NCBI GenBank assembly: GCA_039812885.1
Contig: JBDIBI010000003.1
Span: 143,237-207,236, forward strand
DNA from: Blastocatellia bacterium
Lineage (GTDB): Bacteria > Acidobacteriota > Blastocatellia > Chloracidobacteriales > JADJPF01
DNA length: 64,000 nucleotides
Reading direction: 5' to 3'
The notes beneath the pieces were generated by a model. That model was not told where the DNA came from. It saw only the letters and a program-made list of their open reading frames with translations, and ran no database searches. This document shows, piece after piece, positions 36,701-45,210 of the stretch (position 1 is the stretch's first letter; each line of letters opens with the position of its first letter). The translations under genes and the position numbers were made by a program.

Positions 36701-37431
36701 TCTTCAACAGTATTAACAATTTTAGATAAGTCATTAGGGGTTTTATTAGAAGGGAAAAATCTTTTAAAAGTTTTGTTCTTTTCATCGAATAAGCTTAATC
36801 CATCAGTGGTTGAAACCCATAATCTAGCTTTGCTGTCAGAGAAAATAGCAGTTATAAAATTACTACTAATGCTAAGAAGGTTATTGGGATCATTGGAGAA
36901 ATTAGAAAGTGTATCTGTCTTTTGATCTAAACAAATTAGTCCCTCATTGGGTGTACCAATCCAAATTCTATCTTTTTGATCTGCATATATGGTGGAAATA
37001 TAATTACTATTTATTTGTTGGTTTTTAGAAAAATCTTTCCCCAAAATAGTTATAGTTTCATCCTTAGTACTATATTTGTTTACTCCTCCTCCATTAGTGC
37101 CAATCCATATGTTTCCATCCTTATCAGCTACAACACAAGTAATATAGTTATTAGAAATTGAATTTGAGTTAGTCGGTTTATTGGTTAGTGTATAAAATGT
37201 ATAACCATCATATCTGTTTAAGCCATATCTAGTAGCAAACCATAAATACCCTTGCTTGTCTTGTGTTATTTGATAAACAGTATTGTTTGATATTTTGTTT
37301 TCTGTATAAACAGGATCAAATTGTAAAAATTTCTTTTGTGCTGACACACTAATGACAAAACCGAATAATAATAAAAAAACAATTATTAAACGAAATAGAT
37401 TAGTCACACAAAACTCCTTGTTTTGGGGCAA
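33760..37431 (-). CDS. Sensor Ser/Thr kinase: periplasmic two-component-regulator-propeller repeats plus Y_Y_Y domain, TM, coiled coil, kinase
   Basis: Repeated ...D..G.lWigT..GL..yd motifs (for example QDKQGYLWFATRYGLNRYD), Y_Y_Y-like YRVKMEGTDKAWID...GEYTFRVIASNNDGLWN, TM LAYFLYLLVISSSIFLF, coiled coil (QELEKKVQERTEELKQKNEQLNSKNRELAE). Kinase motifs GSGGFGAVY, VAVKVF, HRDIKPDN, DFGIAK, GTPIYMAPE. Confidence 0.8.
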   Translation of the reverse strand: MPQNKEFCVTNLFRLIIVFLLLFGFVISVSAQKKFLQFDPVYTENKISNNTVYQITQDKQGYLWFATRYGLNRYDGYTFYTLTNKPTNSNSISNNYITCVVADKDGNIWIGTNGGGVNKYSTKDETITILGKDFSKNQQINSNYISTIYADQKDRIWIGTPNEGLICLDQKTDTLSNFSNDPNNLLSISSNFITAIFSDSKARLWVSTTDGLSLFDEKNKTFKRFFPSNKTPNDLSKIVNTVEDLNGNIWVATSDKLCRYDEKANNIYNCFSLPIGNSLFQPVINSISCDHLGILWITMIDKILSFDPNTEKFTEYELSSNLKNTVINQVFFDSANEMWLAASDTGLIKLNSLSNRFSPIRPQFNLDSLSPTKSSVTGFCEDSKSYIWVGTLNGLYRYSSDNKLINKFQSNPKDPNALSSDLILAMAKDSSGLIWIATNKGLKVYSVELEQFITDKLDLPDSLKQIYSNVILEDKKKNLWFGTNSKGIYKFDLNTKTLDIYSRDVSPNKLSTNRVRQIYEDDLENIWVSTGNGLFLYNKEKDSFIAYTHDPQNNKTINTNAITCAYKTKSGIVFVATENGLNKMDSTSGEFSTIPDIALLNDFIYGILEDEKGFLWMSSNKGLIKYDPKTNDIWHYTDTDGLQNNEFNFGSYYKSSKGELFFGGVNGFNRFYPSTIKNNERAPNIVITSFKVYDGSTTYDNYQHFLSANAELNFPYNKNFVEIEFSALNFIRPEKNKYRVKMEGTDKAWIDTDSTKRFARYSNLSPGEYTFRVIASNNDGLWNNEGIAVKIIIFPPWWKTNLAYFLYLLVISSSIFLFHNYRLGLLTIRNQELEKKVQERTEELKQKNEQLNSKNRELAENYEDLLQLNQKANRIFAVLSEALPGTVLDGKYKLEEKIGSGGFGAVYKAMHLNIKRHVAVKVFSPSPGNDSVENLERFQREAISTCRVNHPNAVAILDSGISSEGIPYLVMELLQGHTLKSELRKEGKLSVKRCAEIAIPICKVLSKAHKSGIIHRDIKPDNIFLHYTIEGEVVKVLDFGIAKLIDMGESEQNNLHLTKTGGIIGTPIYMAPERLALKAYDGSSDTYSLGIILYELLSGRLPFQDKMSSFPAITAAHLFQEPNPIKDFTPETPDEIEAIVLAALKKKPEERPSLEEIASIFANITGIEYKSLHTTEEIELKGEKDQDVSKSEQATIIISAKKSSPDTDKIIPSEQITLQKPNE

Positions 37432-37450
37432 TTACAAGAATTTTTATTTT

Positions 37451-40400
37451 TTACCTAACATTAAATGCAAATGCTGCTAATCGCATTCTTCCTGAATCAT
37501 CAACTCCAGTAAATATAAATTGTTGGATTCCTAATGCTGCTTTCTTCTTAATCTTAAAGCTAATGCTAGCCATTGTTCCAGAAGTAGTTTGCATAGATGG
37601 AGTTAACTTAATTTTTGTTGCTTTAGTATCTGGTGAAATAATTCTTACACTCCCTGAAAAACCTCCGCTACGAGTAATGGTTATATTAATTGTTCCTGTT
37701 TGACCACGAGAGACTTCTAATTGTGAGGGATTAAGATTGATACTAAAATCAGGAACCACTGGCGCTGCCATTACAGTGATTTGTGCTATTGCTGTATGAA
37801 CAATCTGAGAAGATGTGCCTATTACTCTTATTGTAAATGTAGTTGCTTTGGTATTTACACTAGTATTGATTGTTAGTGTAGTAGTACTATCAGCATTTAT
37901 TGTGCTACTAGTAAAATCTCCAGTTATATCAGAATCTTTAGGATCTATACTTAGAGTCAATTCAATAGGTTGAGTAAAATTATTTATAGCTTTAGTTTTA
38001 ACCATAAAACTTAAACTATTACCAGCTACTATTATTTGATTTATAGGATCAATACTTATGGAAAAGTCTGAGGAAATTACATTTAAATTTGCTATAGCAG
38101 TACGGACAATCTGACCTGCTGTTGCTGTAAGTGTTATATTAAAAGCATTTGCTGGAGTATTTGCTGTTGTGCTAACTGTTAGTGTTGCACTATCTCCAGG
38201 CATTATTGTGTTTCTAGAAAATGTAACTATAACACTAGGATCATTAGGCGTTACATTAGTATTAAGGCTAATTGGCTGATTAAATCCTCCAACAGCTTTA
38301 GAGTTAATAGTAAAACTAGTGCTATTGTTAGGAGTAATAGTTTGAGAATTAGGAGTAATAGTTATAGAAAAATCTGGTGTTGAAGCTATAGGATCAGCAA
38401 TTTTTACAATAAAAGCATCTGTTGAACCTCCAGATGTTTTTTGAAGTGCATTTGAGATAGGAAAATCACTGGACATCGATGAACCTACTAGGTAAGTTGT
38501 ACCGTCTTTGTCTACTGTCATCGCTAAACTTTCATCTTGAGCAGAACCACCTAGGTAAGTTGAATAAAGTAGATTTAAGCCTGTTGGATCTAATTTAGTT
38601 AAGAAAACATCGTTACTTCCCCTGTTCTTATCTTGAAGTGCGTTGCTTATAGGAAAATCTGTAGAAAAACTTGTTCCTGTTATATATAAGTTTCCAGAAT
38701 CATCAATATCAATAGCTCTAGCATTATCATCTAACTTTCCTCCAAGATAGGTAGAATACATCAAGTTAGTACCCTTGGAATCAAGTTTAGCTATAAAAGT
38801 ATCCACTCCTCCTGAAATATTTTTTTGAAAGGCTAGTTTAATAGGAAAATTATTAGAGGTTGTTGAACCAACTATGTAAGCATTATTACTAGAATCTATT
38901 GCAACATCCACACCTTCATCATTGTTGTTTCCACCTAAGTAAGTAGAATAGGTTATACCTCCGCTAGTATTTAATTTTGTTAGAAATGCATCTTGCCCAC
39001 CACCTAAAGTGTTTTGTACTGAGTCTAAAGTAGGGAAATTGTTTGAAAAAGTATCTCCAGTGATGTAGGCATTATTATTTGAATCTACAACAATACTAGA
39101 ACATTCATCTTCATCATCTCCACCAAGTAACCGAGAATAGACTATCTCATTTCCTTTAGCTCCAAGCTCAATAACAAAGCCATCTGAACTGCCACTTACA
39201 ACACCTTGTACACCAGGAAAATTACGAGAACTAGTACTTCCAACAACAAAAGCATTTCCTAAACTATTGACAGCTAAAGCAAAAGCTTGATCATCATCAT
39301 TTCCACCTAAGTAACTAGAATAGATTATATCTGTTCCAGAAGCATTTAGTTTGGTAACAAAACCATCAAAAGTCCCTCCACCTTTTTGGGATTGTAGTGC
39401 AGACTTAGTTGGAAAATTGCTAGATACTGTTGCTCCAACAATATAGGTGTTACCAGAAGAATCAACTGCTATATCAAAACCTTGATCAATACTGTTTCCA
39501 CCAATATAAGTGGAATACAGTAAGTTAGTACCCGTAGGGTCTATTTTAGCAACAAAAATATCAAAAGGGCCTGCAATGTTTTGTTGTAAAGCTTTGGCAA
39601 TAGGAAAGTTAGCGGAACTTGTTGAACCAACAACATAGATATTCCCCATAGTATCTGTTGTTACTGCATTTGCTTGATCTGTCAAACGTCCACCTAAGTA
39701 AGTAGAGAATGAGATTTCTGGATCAATAATTAGTTCTTTTTCTTCATCATATTTATCGACATAAAATCCAAAAGTCTTGTCATCATATTTTTTATAACCA
39801 CCAGAAATAAAATGTTTAACACCTGCAATTTCTTGATAAATAATAGGTTTATGCTGGTAAAAAGTATCAATATCAGTTTTAAGAACTAACTCTCCTTGTT
39901 CATTTATTTTAATAGGATCTTGAATTGTGGAGTTAAGCCCTTGAAACTTAAGCTTAATGGATTTTGGATCAATTTTAGGAGCAATTATCAAATCATATTC
40001 TAAGATATTTTCTTTGCCATAAAATACTAGATCAATACCTGGGTAAAGCTGATTATAAGTAACTTTCTTATAAGTACTTATATTTTTCTTCCATTTGCTA
40101 GAATCATTGCCTAACAGGTAATTAGTTTTGGCTTGCTGTAAATTAGTTCCTTCTATTTTAGGTTGTAAATTAGTTCCTAAAAATTCCATAGAAAGAAAAG
40201 ATTTTTCTATTTTGTTAGAAACCAAAGTGGCTTTATTATCAGCTAGTAGCAAGTTGTAGTTAACTCCATGCCCAATAAACTTAACAGAGTCATCAAGTTG
40301 GCCTTGATTTGGTTCAAAATTTATAGGAAATTGAACATCCTTTAGCTTAGATTGGTTTATTAAAGAAAGAGATATCTTATTTGGTTGATACACAACATTC

Positions 40401-40495
40401 TTAAATTGTAAAAAAAAGCTATAACTTAATATTAATGTTAATGTTAACGTTAATATTAACATTGCTAAACTAAGAAAACGATAACTAGCTAACAT
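37451..40495 (-). CDS. Secreted SBBP beta-propeller-repeat protein with C-terminal Ig-like repeats
   Basis: About 8 repeats of YSTYLGG...D.a.ai.vD.sGN.YvvG.T.S.nFP (SBBP-type), then three roughly 95-aa repeats (FSITITPNSQTI...TLTVSTTANTP...). N-terminal signal/anchor. Confidence 0.75.
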   Translation of the reverse strand: MLASYRFLSLAMLILTLTLTLILSYSFFLQFKNVVYQPNKISLSLINQSKLKDVQFPINFEPNQGQLDDSVKFIGHGVNYNLLLADNKATLVSNKIEKSFLSMEFLGTNLQPKIEGTNLQQAKTNYLLGNDSSKWKKNISTYKKVTYNQLYPGIDLVFYGKENILEYDLIIAPKIDPKSIKLKFQGLNSTIQDPIKINEQGELVLKTDIDTFYQHKPIIYQEIAGVKHFISGGYKKYDDKTFGFYVDKYDEEKELIIDPEISFSTYLGGRLTDQANAVTTDTMGNIYVVGSTSSANFPIAKALQQNIAGPFDIFVAKIDPTGTNLLYSTYIGGNSIDQGFDIAVDSSGNTYIVGATVSSNFPTKSALQSQKGGGTFDGFVTKLNASGTDIIYSSYLGGNDDDQAFALAVNSLGNAFVVGSTSSRNFPGVQGVVSGSSDGFVIELGAKGNEIVYSRLLGGDDEDECSSIVVDSNNNAYITGDTFSNNFPTLDSVQNTLGGGQDAFLTKLNTSGGITYSTYLGGNNNDEGVDVAIDSSNNAYIVGSTTSNNFPIKLAFQKNISGGVDTFIAKLDSKGTNLMYSTYLGGKLDDNARAIDIDDSGNLYITGTSFSTDFPISNALQDKNRGSNDVFLTKLDPTGLNLLYSTYLGGSAQDESLAMTVDKDGTTYLVGSSMSSDFPISNALQKTSGGSTDAFIVKIADPIASTPDFSITITPNSQTITPNNSTSFTINSKAVGGFNQPISLNTNVTPNDPSVIVTFSRNTIMPGDSATLTVSTTANTPANAFNITLTATAGQIVRTAIANLNVISSDFSISIDPINQIIVAGNSLSFMVKTKAINNFTQPIELTLSIDPKDSDITGDFTSSTINADSTTTLTINTSVNTKATTFTIRVIGTSSQIVHTAIAQITVMAAPVVPDFSINLNPSQLEVSRGQTGTINITITRSGGFSGSVRIISPDTKATKIKLTPSMQTTSGTMASISFKIKKKAALGIQQFIFTGVDDSGRMRLAAFAFNVR

Positions 40496-40723
40496 AGTTA
40501 CTCCAAATAGGTTTTTAACTCATTGAATATAGACCGCATTATCAGTAATATTAAATGGAATTACTTACACAGTATAACACTAATTTTTGTCTTAGAATAA
40601 GCAAAAATGCTTACAAGTGGAATGGGCTTGCTTATGCTATCACAACCCAATACCATGTCTGGTGCATCTAAAACGGGAAATGTTTTATAAACCATTTAAC
40701 TTTATTTCTAGGGGAAAATCCTA

Positions 40724-41863
40724 GTGGCTGTACTACATGGCTATATTTATCATACTCCTAATGTTGAGCCTTACACCTTTCAACGTAAGGGTTTTTTTTA
40801 TCGCCATAAATTATTATTAGCAATTCTTATATCAATAACTTGTCATTTTTCTTACTTTGGTTGGAGTTTTTATCAATGGATATTTTCTCCTTTTACAGGT
40901 ATTTCAATGGTTGATGCTGCATACAATGATATAAAGTGGATTGAGTTAAATAAACTAACTAAACCACTAAAATATCCTGCTAATATGTTAGTTTTTCCAG
41001 GTAAAGTTGTTCCTTTAGACAAAATAAAAGAGGAAATGGAAAAAGCAGAAGAACGCCGTAAGGAAGAAGCTAGGAAAAAAGCAGAAGAACGCAAGAAAAA
41101 AGATGAAGAGCGAAAGAAAAAGCAACAACAAGAAAATCAAGAAGATAAAGACAAATCAGATTCAGAAGATCCAGATAACCAGTTAGCAAAAAATGAAGTT
41201 AAGAATGTAGATAAAGAGCCCCCACCAGCAACTCCACCAAAATTTGGTCAGATAAACGCTCGCCCTATTCGTGAAATCATGGGCAAAGTCTATAACATTT
41301 ATAGAAGTGGTAATTTAGACATTAGGAGAGCCTTTTTTTCTGTTACTGTTGGGTATGAAGTAAATAAAGATGGCTCACTTTATGAAGTGAGAATTATAAA
41401 ATCTTCTGGTTCAGAACAACTTGATGGCGCTGCAATTAATATTGCTAATGCTATTAGTGAATCGCATGCTCTTATGCCTCTAACAGTGCTTACAGCTAAT
41501 ACTGCTACTTTAGAACTTGGAGAGGAAAAAGCTTCTTTTATTATTAAAGGATTTGCTACTAACAGTGAAATTGCTTCTGATATGGCAAACCTCTTTAATC
41601 AACAAGTTGCAGGTTTGCGTTTGTTACTAAGCTTTAAAAACCCAGAAGCTTTAATTTTATTTAATCATTTACAGGTAAGTACTCAAGGAAATCAACTAGT
41701 AGCAGATATGACTATGTCTAGAGCTGAAGCTGATGAAATGATGCACAGAAATTTTAAGAGTTTACCAAATACAGAAGAAAAAGCTCCAGAAGCAGTTACT
41801 ACACCTACTCCAACTCAGAGTTCTGGTGAAAATGAGAAGAAAAACGATTCATCTCAAAATTAA
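40724..41863 (+). CDS. TonB-like protein (TM anchor, Lys/Glu-rich and Pro-rich spacer, TonB_C-like domain)
   Basis: TM LLLAILISITCHFSYFGW, charged spacer KAEERRKEEARKKAEERKKKDEERKKK, EPPPATPP, then FSVTVGYEVNKDGSLYEVRIIKSSGSEQLDGAAINIANAI, which resembles the TonB C-terminal domain. The start codon (GTG) is uncertain. Confidence 0.45.
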   Translation: MAVLHGYIYHTPNVEPYTFQRKGFFYRHKLLLAILISITCHFSYFGWSFYQWIFSPFTGISMVDAAYNDIKWIELNKLTKPLKYPANMLVFPGKVVPLDKIKEEMEKAEERRKEEARKKAEERKKKDEERKKKQQQENQEDKDKSDSEDPDNQLAKNEVKNVDKEPPPATPPKFGQINARPIREIMGKVYNIYRSGNLDIRRAFFSVTVGYEVNKDGSLYEVRIIKSSGSEQLDGAAINIANAISESHALMPLTVLTANTATLELGEEKASFIIKGFATNSEIASDMANLFNQQVAGLRLLLSFKNPEALILFNHLQVSTQGNQLVADMTMSRAEADEMMHRNFKSLPNTEEKAPEAVTTPTPTQSSGENEKKNDSSQN

Positions 41864-41915
41864 ATCTATAGTTTTAGCGAGCTATATAACTAATTTGACT
41901 AGTGTTATGCTCATA

Positions 41916-42102
41916 AACCCCAGGTAACGCTCGTTATTACTCGCTAGAACCTGGGCTAATATGGGTTGAGCAAATTGAAAAATGAGCTATTTCAATAATT
42001 AAATCTCTTGCAAACGGAATTCTATGAAAATGGATCTTATTGCGTAATCGAGCCATATATTAGCCTGGGGTTTTAGCGAGCGTTAGCGAGCGCAACCCCA
42101 GG
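41916..42102 (+). mobile_element. Complete 187-bp copy of the dispersed repeat (MITE/REP-like): left-type hairpin, AT-rich core, right-type hairpin
   Basis: Left: ccccaggt-loop-acctggg-ctaatat (41918-41962). Core shares gagctatttcaataattaaa with the 26.4-kb array. Right: atattag-CCTGGGGTT-loop-AACCCCAGG (42057-42102). It has no coding capacity and ends 13 nt before the ATG at 42116. Confidence 0.55.
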
Positions 42103-42115
42103 AAATGGAGGAACA

Positions 42116-45094
42116 ATGATAAACAAATCTAGAAACACAATTTTCCTCATATTATTATTGATTTTAGTTGTGCCAAATATTCAAGCACAAAGTGGACGTA
42201 ATCGCCCTGAGCCAAATCCGCCAAGCAATCCGCCAAGTAATCCAAATCCACCAAAAAATACAGAGCCTAAAAAGGACAACTCTACACAACCTAGTAATCC
42301 TACTAGCAATACAAAGCCAACAAATGTTCCTCCAGGCAAAGTTTTAGTTCCTAGTGGTGCAGCAATTGCTTCTCAAGAACATACTGGAGTAACTTCTCGA
42401 TATGTTTTTAAAAATGGTGTGACTGTTATTGTTCGCGAAGATCATTCTATTCCACTAGCTGCTTCAACTGTGATGGTAAAAGCAGGTGCTAGTTATGAAG
42501 GAGAAGATCAAGTAGGTGTTTCTCGTGTAGTAGAAAGACTTTTAGCTGAGTCTTCAAATAATGAACAAGATCCATTACGTCAATTAAGATTATTGGGTGG
42601 AGTATTAAGAACTAAAACAGACTTTGAATCGACTAGTTATAGTTTGTTAGGACAATCAGCTAATTTCACTAAATTGCTAGAAATGCAGTTTCGTAGCCTT
42701 CAACGACAAAGTTTTACAACAGAAGATGTTAATCGTGCAGCTAAATTTGTACTTCAAACTAACCGCTATAAATTAGATGATCCTCTTAGTTATAGCCAAC
42801 AAAGAATTTTACAAGCTGCCTTTGATAATAACCCTAACCAAAATGTCTTAGATGAAACTAAATTAGTTACCAAAGAACAAGCTCAAGCATTTTATGATAA
42901 ATATTATCGTGGTGGAAATATTATAGTAGTTATAGTGGGGGATATTACTGCTGATGCTGCTCGATTAGCTGCTCAGCAATTTCTTGGAGCCTTAAAGCCT
43001 AGTGAACCAGTTAGCAAACAATCTTCAAAACCTACTGAAGGCAGTCCGATTCGCTATCTAGCAGAGCGGGCAGATATTAATCAAACAGTTGTGTCTGTTG
43101 GTTATCGAGTTAATGACATTAAAGATAGTGCTGTGTTTGAGGTATTAGGCGCTATTTTAACCAAAGGTAGAGGAGCATTGTTACCACAAGCTTTAATTGA
43201 ACCTTCTTTTGCTTCTAAAATTGGAGCAGGTTATGTTGCTACTAATAAAGGCGCACTGTTTTCTTTCCAAATGCAAGTTGTTCCTGAGCGCTTGGTCAAA
43301 GCTGAAAATGCACTGTTTGACCAAATTGAGGCTTTGCGTCGGATAGTGTTATCTCCTGCGGATCTACAACGTGCTAAATCACTTCTTGAAAAGGATTATT
43401 ACACTAGTACTTTGGATTTAACAAAGTTATCTAGTCAAATTGCTTTTTGGGAATTAAGAGGTGGTTATAAAAATTTTGATAGCTATGTAAAACGAATAAA
43501 AGCTGTTACGGCTGAACAAGTTCAAGAATTAGCAGCACAGTATTTTAATTTTAGTACTTCCATTGTGCATGAATATGAACCACGTAATGCTCCTGCACGC
43601 CTTGCGGGTTCAGACGCAACTTATACACCAGATCGCTTTGATTCTTATATTAAAGTCCTAGTTCCAGATACACATAAAGAGACTATTTCTAAAGATGAGA
43701 TTAGCTATGCTTCTGAAAAACCTTTGGCTAAACAAGGGAAAGAAAAAGTTGAACAAACAACAGAAAGCGGATTTATTTTAGAACTTCAACCACAACCAGT
43801 TCGTGAATTTAACACTTTGCATGGACCTCGCGCTATAGTTCGTGAAGATCAAGCACGTCCTTTAATTTCTGTAGGCTTTTTCTTTCAAGGTGGAAGAATT
43901 TTAGAAAAAGATGCTAGTAATGGTATTACCGAGCTAATGTTACGTAGTATTTTGCGAGGGACTCAACGTCAAACTGGGTCAGAACTTGCTTCATTTTTAG
44001 AACAGTTAGGTGCTGAAGTAAAAATAGTTAATGAGCCAGATTTCTTTGGTTTCACAATTGAAATGCTTTCTCGCAATGCTGAAGTAGTAATGAAACAAGT
44101 AATTACCACAATGGAAAACCCACTTTTTGATAAAGATGATGTAGCTAGAGAAAGAGGTAGTTTACTTGCTGCAATTCAAGCTTCAAAAGACAATGGAGCA
44201 ACTTCAGCCTTAGAAATTACTAATTCATTACTGTATGGGGACCATCCTTATGGATTTGCTCTGCTTGGTTCAGAAAAGGCTGTTTCTAAATTTACAGAAA
44301 CAGATGTTTCCGATTGGTATCAAAAAACAATTAAGCACCAAATCCCTTTAGTGGTAATTGTTGGAGATACTGAAGGGTCTTCACTAGTAGGAAGACTTAT
44401 AGCAGATGGATTTTCTCGTCTAGAACAACAATTAGATAAGTCTATATCTGTTCCTATTGTCAATGTTCATAGTCCAGCTGGAGAAAAAACAGAAGTTAGA
44501 GAAAGACGGCAAACTTCTCAAGTTCTACAATTTAGCGTTCCAGAAGGTAAAAATAAGGATAAATATGCTATAGATGTAATACGTCAACTTATAGATGGGC
44601 CTGGAGGACGTATTTTAACAAGTATTCAGCAGCAACAACTTAGCTTTGATTTTTCTACAGAAATAAAAACTAATCAGCAACGTAGTAGCTTTTTAATTTA
44701 TCTAAATTCTGCTTCGGATCAAGAACAAAAAGCTCGTACAGTTGTTGAAGATGAATTTCGTCGTTTAATCAATAGTCCTGCAAATGAACAAGAAATTGCT
44801 GCTGCACGTAGTTGCGCAGCAGCAGAACAAACTCAACTCTTAAGAGATCATACTAATAGAGTTATTGCTTATGCTAAATATACGTTCTTAACTATTCCGT
44901 TTGCTGATGTTGATGAAGTAGCAGAAAAAATTTTAGCTATTGGCAAAGATGATGTAAAACGAGTTTTACAAAGTTATTTTTCTCCTGAAAAACGTGCTTT
45001 AGGTGTAATTAGAGGATCAATTAGTACAACAAATACAACAAATACAACTACAACACCTGTTCAAAGCACTACACCAAATACAGGAAACAAGTAA
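42116..45094 (+). CDS. Secreted M16 (pitrilysin/insulinase) family homologue, double-length, apparently lacking the catalytic zinc motif
   Basis: Signal peptide plus Pro/Asn-rich linker. Two M16-like halves. Where HxxEH is expected the first half reads GVSRVVERLL (RxxER) and the second GITELMLRSIL. Confidence 0.7.
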   Translation: MINKSRNTIFLILLLILVVPNIQAQSGRNRPEPNPPSNPPSNPNPPKNTEPKKDNSTQPSNPTSNTKPTNVPPGKVLVPSGAAIASQEHTGVTSRYVFKNGVTVIVREDHSIPLAASTVMVKAGASYEGEDQVGVSRVVERLLAESSNNEQDPLRQLRLLGGVLRTKTDFESTSYSLLGQSANFTKLLEMQFRSLQRQSFTTEDVNRAAKFVLQTNRYKLDDPLSYSQQRILQAAFDNNPNQNVLDETKLVTKEQAQAFYDKYYRGGNIIVVIVGDITADAARLAAQQFLGALKPSEPVSKQSSKPTEGSPIRYLAERADINQTVVSVGYRVNDIKDSAVFEVLGAILTKGRGALLPQALIEPSFASKIGAGYVATNKGALFSFQMQVVPERLVKAENALFDQIEALRRIVLSPADLQRAKSLLEKDYYTSTLDLTKLSSQIAFWELRGGYKNFDSYVKRIKAVTAEQVQELAAQYFNFSTSIVHEYEPRNAPARLAGSDATYTPDRFDSYIKVLVPDTHKETISKDEISYASEKPLAKQGKEKVEQTTESGFILELQPQPVREFNTLHGPRAIVREDQARPLISVGFFFQGGRILEKDASNGITELMLRSILRGTQRQTGSELASFLEQLGAEVKIVNEPDFFGFTIEMLSRNAEVVMKQVITTMENPLFDKDDVARERGSLLAAIQASKDNGATSALEITNSLLYGDHPYGFALLGSEKAVSKFTETDVSDWYQKTIKHQIPLVVIVGDTEGSSLVGRLIADGFSRLEQQLDKSISVPIVNVHSPAGEKTEVRERRQTSQVLQFSVPEGKNKDKYAIDVIRQLIDGPGGRILTSIQQQQLSFDFSTEIKTNQQRSSFLIYLNSASDQEQKARTVVEDEFRRLINSPANEQEIAAARSCAAAEQTQLLRDHTNRVIAYAKYTFLTIPFADVDEVAEKILAIGKDDVKRVLQSYFSPEKRALGVIRGSISTTNTTNTTTTPVQSTTPNTGNK

Positions 45095-45117
45095 CATTTA
45101 AAAAGTTGATGTTTGGT

Positions 45118-45147
45118 TTGACACTGTTTTAGCAGGTCAACTATAAT
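45118..45147 (+). promoter_or_regulatory. Sigma70-like promoter upstream of the VWA gene pair
   Basis: TTGACA (45118-45123), 18-nt spacer, TATAAT (45142-45147). Confidence 0.5.
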
Positions 45148-45210
45148 TTTTAGGTTATTTTCTTAGAAATTTCTTGAATGCAAAATTAACAAAAAAAAGG
45201 GTTTAGCAAT

